Shown here: piece after piece, positions 59,439 to 64,000 of the stretch
How positions within the stretch are numbered: the first letter of the stretch is position 1
How the letters are laid out: every line of letters starts with the position of its first letter
Origin: Candidatus Latescibacterota bacterium
Lineage (GTDB): Bacteria; Latescibacterota; UBA2968
DNA: 64,000 nt
Assembly (NCBI GenBank): GCA_965204745.1
Contig: OZ242010.1
Location: 3,936,001 to 4,000,000, forward strand
Reading direction: 5' to 3'
Notes under the pieces: model-generated
What the model saw: the letters and a program-made list of their open reading frames with translations, nothing else
Database searches by the model: none
What the model was told of the DNA's origin: nothing
Position numbers and translations under genes: made by a program

Positions 59439-59558
59439 ATGTTTGATCTCGAAATTCGCAAACCGTCCAAAGAAACCGTCATCGGTTTTATCGTCACATG
59501 GATCTGCGTGATAGGCATTGTGTTGCTCACGATGGCCCTCGTCCGCATTGGCGCGTAA
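59439..59558 (+). CDS. Small hydrophobic peptide (39 aa)
   Basis: AGGAG RBS, single TM. Confidence 0.45.
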   Translation: MFDLEIRKPSKETVIGFIVTWICVIGIVLLTMALVRIGA

Positions 59559-59568
59559 AGGCATTGTC

Positions 59569-60048
59569 ATGATCCGAAAATACCGTTCTGAAGACCTCGA
59601 CGTCCTCAAGGAAATCACAGTGATTTGTTTTGATGGGGTGTCGATTGACCAAAATATGGAAAAACAATTCGGTCAATTTGCCGACACGGATTGGAAAGCG
59701 CGCAAAGCCAAGCACATCGACGCGGATGTCGCGGCCAATGCCGATGGCATCTTCGTTTGTGAAGATAATGGCACGGTGGTGGGGTACATCACCACGCGCA
59801 TCGACCGCGAAAGCAAAATAGGCGGCATTCCCAATCTCGCCATCCTGTCCACGTACCGGGGCCAAGGTCTCGGCAAGGCATTGATGAAAGCCGCCTTTGA
59901 TTACTTTGAGGAACAGGGCATGGTCGTCGCCAAAATCGAAACGCTCGACCAAAATCCCATCGGTCAAAACTTTTATCCGCGCTCGGGCTTCACCCCAGTC
60001 GCCCGACAAATCCACTACGCCATGCCATTGGCAGATCGCAAAGTGTAG
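59569..60048 (+). CDS. GNAT acetyltransferase
   Basis: YRGQGLGKAL and FY...GF motifs. Confidence 0.85.
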   Translation: MIRKYRSEDLDVLKEITVICFDGVSIDQNMEKQFGQFADTDWKARKAKHIDADVAANADGIFVCEDNGTVVGYITTRIDRESKIGGIPNLAILSTYRGQGLGKALMKAAFDYFEEQGMVVAKIETLDQNPIGQNFYPRSGFTPVARQIHYAMPLADRKV

Positions 60049-60232
60049 GAAGGAAGATGACCGCCCTTCAGCCCTCTAAGCGGTCAGCGTCAGTGATCTC
60101 GTCCTGCCCTATGCCCCATCAACTTGTAGGGACAGGCCCTTGTGCTTGTCCTCATACCCGACGGTTGGGAGTGGTTGCTTTTTACCTCTCACGTCTCACC
60201 TCTTCCCTCTTCCCTCTAACCTCTCGCGCCTC

Positions 60233-61411
60233 ATGATACAACTCAAATCCGAAATGAAGACCCGATTTGGCATCGCGCCTGACGACGTGTGCATCGTGCA
60301 ATCGCCCTATCGTATCTGTCCGCTCGGCGCGCATATCGACCACCAACTCGGGCGGGTCATGGGCATGGCGATTGATCAGGCGGTGTACCTCGCGTTCGCG
60401 CCCTCAAGCGATGAAACCACGCGCTTGCAAAGCCTCACCTTTGACGGCGAGGTCGCGTTTGCACTCGGGGACGTGCCGGACAAAATCGAAGGGGATTGGG
60501 GCAATTTTCCGCGTGGGGCCGTGCGTGCATTGCAGCGAGGGGGGTACGAACTCGCGTGCGGCATCACGGGCATCACAGCGGGCCGAATGCACGAGGGGGG
60601 CTTGAGTTCATCCGCGGCCATTGGCGTGGCGTATTTGCTCGCCTATCAAAAGGCCAATGGCTTGTCCGTCTCGCCCGCGGACAATATCCGGCTCGATCAA
60701 GCCATTGAAAACAGCTATCTCGGCCTGAAAAATGGCATTTTGGATCAATCGGCGATTCTCTTATCGCAAAAGGGCTTTCTCACGGTGATCGATTGCGCGA
60801 CCGCCACGCACACCTCGATTCCGCAGTCGCCCGCGCTACCGCCCTTTGATATTCTCATCGCCCAATCGGGCCTGCGAGACGCCTTGGTCTCCACTGGGTA
60901 TAACGCTCGGGTTGACGAATGCGCTCGGGCAGCGCGAATCTTGCTTCAGGCCGCGGGGCGCCCCGATCAACAACCCCTGCTCGGCAACATCACCCATGAA
61001 GAATACGAAACGCACAAAAGCCTGTTGCGCGGCCCTTCTGCCAAACGCGCCAAACACTTTTTCACGGAATCCGCGCGCGTGCTTCAGGGCATTGGTGCAT
61101 GGCGCGAGGGCCACCTTGCGGCCTTTGGGCACCTCATCGCGGAATCTGGCCGCAGTTCAATAGAAAATTACGAATGCGGCAGCGAACCCCTCATCGCCCT
61201 CTATCGCATCCTCATCGACACGGACGGGGTTTACGGTGCTCGGTTTAGCGGCGCCGGGTTCAGGGGGTGTTGTGTGGCGCTGGTCGATCCGCAACAATCC
61301 AGCGCGGCGATGGAACGCATCCGCACGGCTTATCGGGCGAAATATCCCGAGTTGTCGAAAAACGCCTCGGTCTTTACGTGTCGCCCCGACGATGGAGCCA
61401 GAATCCTGTGA
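60233..61411 (+). CDS. GHMP sugar-1-kinase, galacturonokinase-like
   Basis: SPYRICPLGAHIDHQ, GLSSSAA, GLKNGILDQSAILLS and GARFSGAGFRGCC motifs. Confidence 0.75.
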   Translation: MIQLKSEMKTRFGIAPDDVCIVQSPYRICPLGAHIDHQLGRVMGMAIDQAVYLAFAPSSDETTRLQSLTFDGEVAFALGDVPDKIEGDWGNFPRGAVRALQRGGYELACGITGITAGRMHEGGLSSSAAIGVAYLLAYQKANGLSVSPADNIRLDQAIENSYLGLKNGILDQSAILLSQKGFLTVIDCATATHTSIPQSPALPPFDILIAQSGLRDALVSTGYNARVDECARAARILLQAAGRPDQQPLLGNITHEEYETHKSLLRGPSAKRAKHFFTESARVLQGIGAWREGHLAAFGHLIAESGRSSIENYECGSEPLIALYRILIDTDGVYGARFSGAGFRGCCVALVDPQQSSAAMERIRTAYRAKYPELSKNASVFTCRPDDGARIL

Positions 61412-62157
61412 AAGCCATTATTCTCGCGGCGGGATATGCCACGCGGCTGTATCCCCTCACCAAAAATTTTCCCAAGCCCTTGCTCGAAGTGGGGGGCAAA
61501 ACCATTCTCGATCACCTCATCGATCAGGTCAAAACCATTTCGGAGATCGACCGCGCGTATCTGGTGTCCAACCGCCGATTTTACGATCACTTTGCGGATT
61601 GGGCACGCGCAAAGGGCGTGCCCATCGACATTTTGGACGACGGCACGACCTCCAACGACGACCGCTTAGGCGCGGTGGGCGATCTCCGCTTTGCCCTTGA
61701 AACCCGCGCCATTGCCGACGATGTGATCGTTCTCGCTGCGGACAACATTTTGCTGTTTTCCCTGCAAAAGTTCGTCAACGCATTCAAAGCCAATCCCGCG
61801 TCTCACATTACCGTGCGCCACAATCCCGACTACGAAGATCGCAAACGCCGGGGCAATGTCCTGCTAGACGAAAACAACCGCGTCTTGCAATTCATCGAAA
61901 AACCGGATGAGCCGATTTCCGAATGGTCCGTGCCGCCCTTGTATATTTATCCATCCACCACCTTGCCCCGCGTCAAAGAATACCTCGCCGGCGGCGGCAC
62001 GCCAGACGCGCCCGGGCATTTCGCGGAATGGTTGCACATGTGCGAACCCGTGTACGCCCACAAAATTGAAGGCCGCATTCTCGACATTGGCAACCGCGAA
62101 TCCCTGTCCGAGGCGCGGGCGTTTTTTCAATCCCAAACACCTGATCGCACGCATTGA
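61408..62157 (+). CDS. Sugar-phosphate nucleotidyltransferase
   Basis: KAIILAAGYATRLYPLT...PKPLL and FIEKP motifs; GTGA overlap with the kinase. Confidence 0.85.
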   Translation: MKAIILAAGYATRLYPLTKNFPKPLLEVGGKTILDHLIDQVKTISEIDRAYLVSNRRFYDHFADWARAKGVPIDILDDGTTSNDDRLGAVGDLRFALETRAIADDVIVLAADNILLFSLQKFVNAFKANPASHITVRHNPDYEDRKRRGNVLLDENNRVLQFIEKPDEPISEWSVPPLYIYPSTTLPRVKEYLAGGGTPDAPGHFAEWLHMCEPVYAHKIEGRILDIGNRESLSEARAFFQSQTPDRTH

Positions 62158-62182
62158 CATCGCGGGGTTCGGGTTCTATCTT
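62154..62182 (+). promoter_or_regulatory. Putative sigma70 promoter for the Uma2 array
   Basis: TTGACA-N17-TATCTT. Confidence 0.6.
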
Positions 62183-62205
62183 TTGGCAAACAGGAGGAAT
62201 GTGCT

Positions 62206-62922
62206 ATGGAAATCGCATTGGATGTCAAACCCTTTGGCGCGCTGACAGAGGATGACTTTTTTGAGTTTTGTCAACGCAACAGGGATGTGCGTATCGAGCG
62301 CGATGCAGAAGGCGGAATACGGATTATGCCGCCGGCAGGAGAGGCCACGATAGAAACCGTGTTGGATGTCGAGCCTTTTATCGGGCTTACGGAGGATGAA
62401 TTTTTTGAATTTTGCCAGCGCACCCATGATGTGCGTATCGAGCGCAATGCAAAAGGAGAAATATTGATTATGCCACCGACAGGCGGAGCGACAGGCGACC
62501 GAAATGCAGAAATCACAATGCAGTTGCGATGGTGGGCAAAACGCGATGGGACGGGTATAGCGTTTGATTCCTCAACCGGCTTTCGGTTGCCCAACCAAGC
62601 GATGCGTGCGCCGGATGCGTCTTGGGTCTTGCACTGGCGTTACGATCAGTTGACGGAACGAGAACAAGAGCGATTTTTGCCTCTGTGTCCCGATTTTGCC
62701 ATTGAACTCAAATCGCCCACGGATACGCTTGCCGCGCTCAAACGAAAGATGGATGAGTATATCGAGAACGGCCTGCAACTCGGCTGGCTCATCGATCCGA
62801 AACAGAAAACCGTTCATATCTACCGCCCGCATCTGCCCGTTGAGGTGCGCGACAATCCCAACACTTTGTCCGCCGATCCAATTCTACCGGGATTTGTTTT
62901 GGATCTCACGGAAATCTGGTGA
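62206..62922 (+). CDS. Uma2-family (PD-(D/E)XK) endonuclease, copy 1
   Basis: FDSS.GF.LP, PDASW, CPDFAIELKS and LGWLIDP motifs. Confidence 0.9.
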   Translation: MEIALDVKPFGALTEDDFFEFCQRNRDVRIERDAEGGIRIMPPAGEATIETVLDVEPFIGLTEDEFFEFCQRTHDVRIERNAKGEILIMPPTGGATGDRNAEITMQLRWWAKRDGTGIAFDSSTGFRLPNQAMRAPDASWVLHWRYDQLTEREQERFLPLCPDFAIELKSPTDTLAALKRKMDEYIENGLQLGWLIDPKQKTVHIYRPHLPVEVRDNPNTLSADPILPGFVLDLTEIW

Positions 62923-62953
62923 GGTGAGCATCCTATCAATAGAGGAATGTGCT

Positions 62954-63670
62954 ATGGAAATCGCATTGGATGTCAAACCCTTTGGCGCGCTGACAGAGGA
63001 TGACTTTTTTGAATTTTGTCAACGCAACCGGGATGTGCGTATCGAGCGCGATGCACGAGGAGGAATACGGATTATGCCACCGGCAGGCGAGGCCACGATA
63101 GAAACCGTGTTGGATGTCGAGCCTTTTATCGGGCTGACGGAGGATGAATTTTTTGAATTTTGCCAGCGCACCCATGATGTGCGTATCGAGCGCAATGCAA
63201 AAGGAGAAATACTGATTATGCCACCAGCAGGCGGAGCGACGAGCAACCGAAATGCAGGGATCACAACACAATTGTACTTATGGTCAGAACGCGATGGAAC
63301 AGGTATAGCGTTTGATTCCTCGGGCGGCTTTCGGTTGCCCAACCAAGCGGTGCGTGCGCCGGATGCGTCTTGGGTCTTGCGCTGGCGTTATGAGCAGTTG
63401 ACGGAACGAGAACAAGAGCGATTTTTGCCTCTGTGTCCCGATTTTGCCATTGAACTCAAATCACCCACGGATACGCTTGCCGCGCTCAAACGAAAAATGG
63501 ATGAGTATATCGAGAACGGCCTGCAACTCGGTTGGCTCATCGATCCGAAACAGAAAACCGTTCATATCTACCGTCCGCATCTGCCCGTTGAGGTGCGCGA
63601 CAATATCAACAACCTGTCCGCCGATCCAATTCTACCGGGATTTGTTTTGGACCTCGCGGAAATCTGGTGA
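62954..63670 (+). CDS. Uma2-family endonuclease, copy 2
   Basis: Same length as copy 1 and near-identical. Confidence 0.9.
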   Translation: MEIALDVKPFGALTEDDFFEFCQRNRDVRIERDARGGIRIMPPAGEATIETVLDVEPFIGLTEDEFFEFCQRTHDVRIERNAKGEILIMPPAGGATSNRNAGITTQLYLWSERDGTGIAFDSSGGFRLPNQAVRAPDASWVLRWRYEQLTEREQERFLPLCPDFAIELKSPTDTLAALKRKMDEYIENGLQLGWLIDPKQKTVHIYRPHLPVEVRDNINNLSADPILPGFVLDLAEIW

Positions 63671-63700
63671 TGAGAAACCCTATCAAGTGAGGTACCTACA

Positions 63701-64000
63701 ATGGAAATTGCATTAGATGTCAAACCCTTTGGCGCGCTGACAGAGGATAAATTTTTTGAGTTTTGTCAACGCAACCGAGATGTGCGTATCGAGCGCGATG
63801 CGCGAGGAGGAATACGGATTATGCCACCGGCAGGCGAGGCCACGATAGAAACCGTGTTGGATGTCGAGCCTTTTATCGGGCTTACGGAGGATGAATTTTT
63901 TGAATTTTGTCAGCGCACCCATGATGTGCGTATCGAGCGCAATGCAAAAGGAGAAATACTGGTTATGCCACCAGCAGGCGGAGCGACGAGCAACCGAAAT
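63701..64000 (+). CDS. Uma2-family endonuclease, copy 3 (cut by window edge)
   Basis: Starts MEIALDVKPFG. Confidence 0.85.
   Translation, partial: MEIALDVKPFGALTEDKFFEFCQRNRDVRIERDARGGIRIMPPAGEATIETVLDVEPFIGLTEDEFFEFCQRTHDVRIERNAKGEILVMPPAGGATSNRN

Noticed and set aside
62480-63330. Diversity-generating retroelement explaining Uma2 variation
   Set aside because: Differences are not adenine-specific and no reverse transcriptase is in the window.

Overview
GC-rich bacterial chromosome segment. The secreted proteins with EF-hand/dockerin-like, YWTD, CARDB, GLUG and Calx-beta domains suggest a Latescibacterota/Gemmatimonadota-like, possibly sponge-associated lineage (inference only). Housekeeping genes include sucD, sucA, sucB, lpdA, galK, recJ, a PPK2, a pspA cluster and ABC exporters. 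Many intergenic gaps carry 7-bp tandem repeats and REP/MITE-like palindromes. The main result is a complete IS110 element (53016-54306) whose non-coding left end has a readable bridge-RNA layout. Its target-loop guides match the host's own 14-bp heptamer repeat, into which it is inserted, its donor-loop guides match its own circular junction, and circularisation builds a TTGACC-N17-TATGTT promoter. An IS982 element and an internally deleted derivative sit in a second heptamer family, (GT[T/G]GTCA)n, and a lone IS982 end creates a perfect TTGACA-N17-TATAAT promoter. Also notable are a large adhesin gene bracketed by inverted composite repeats, a plant-type galacturonokinase-like gene coupled to a nucleotidyltransferase, and three tandem Uma2 genes. 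All family assignments are from motif recognition, not database searches.
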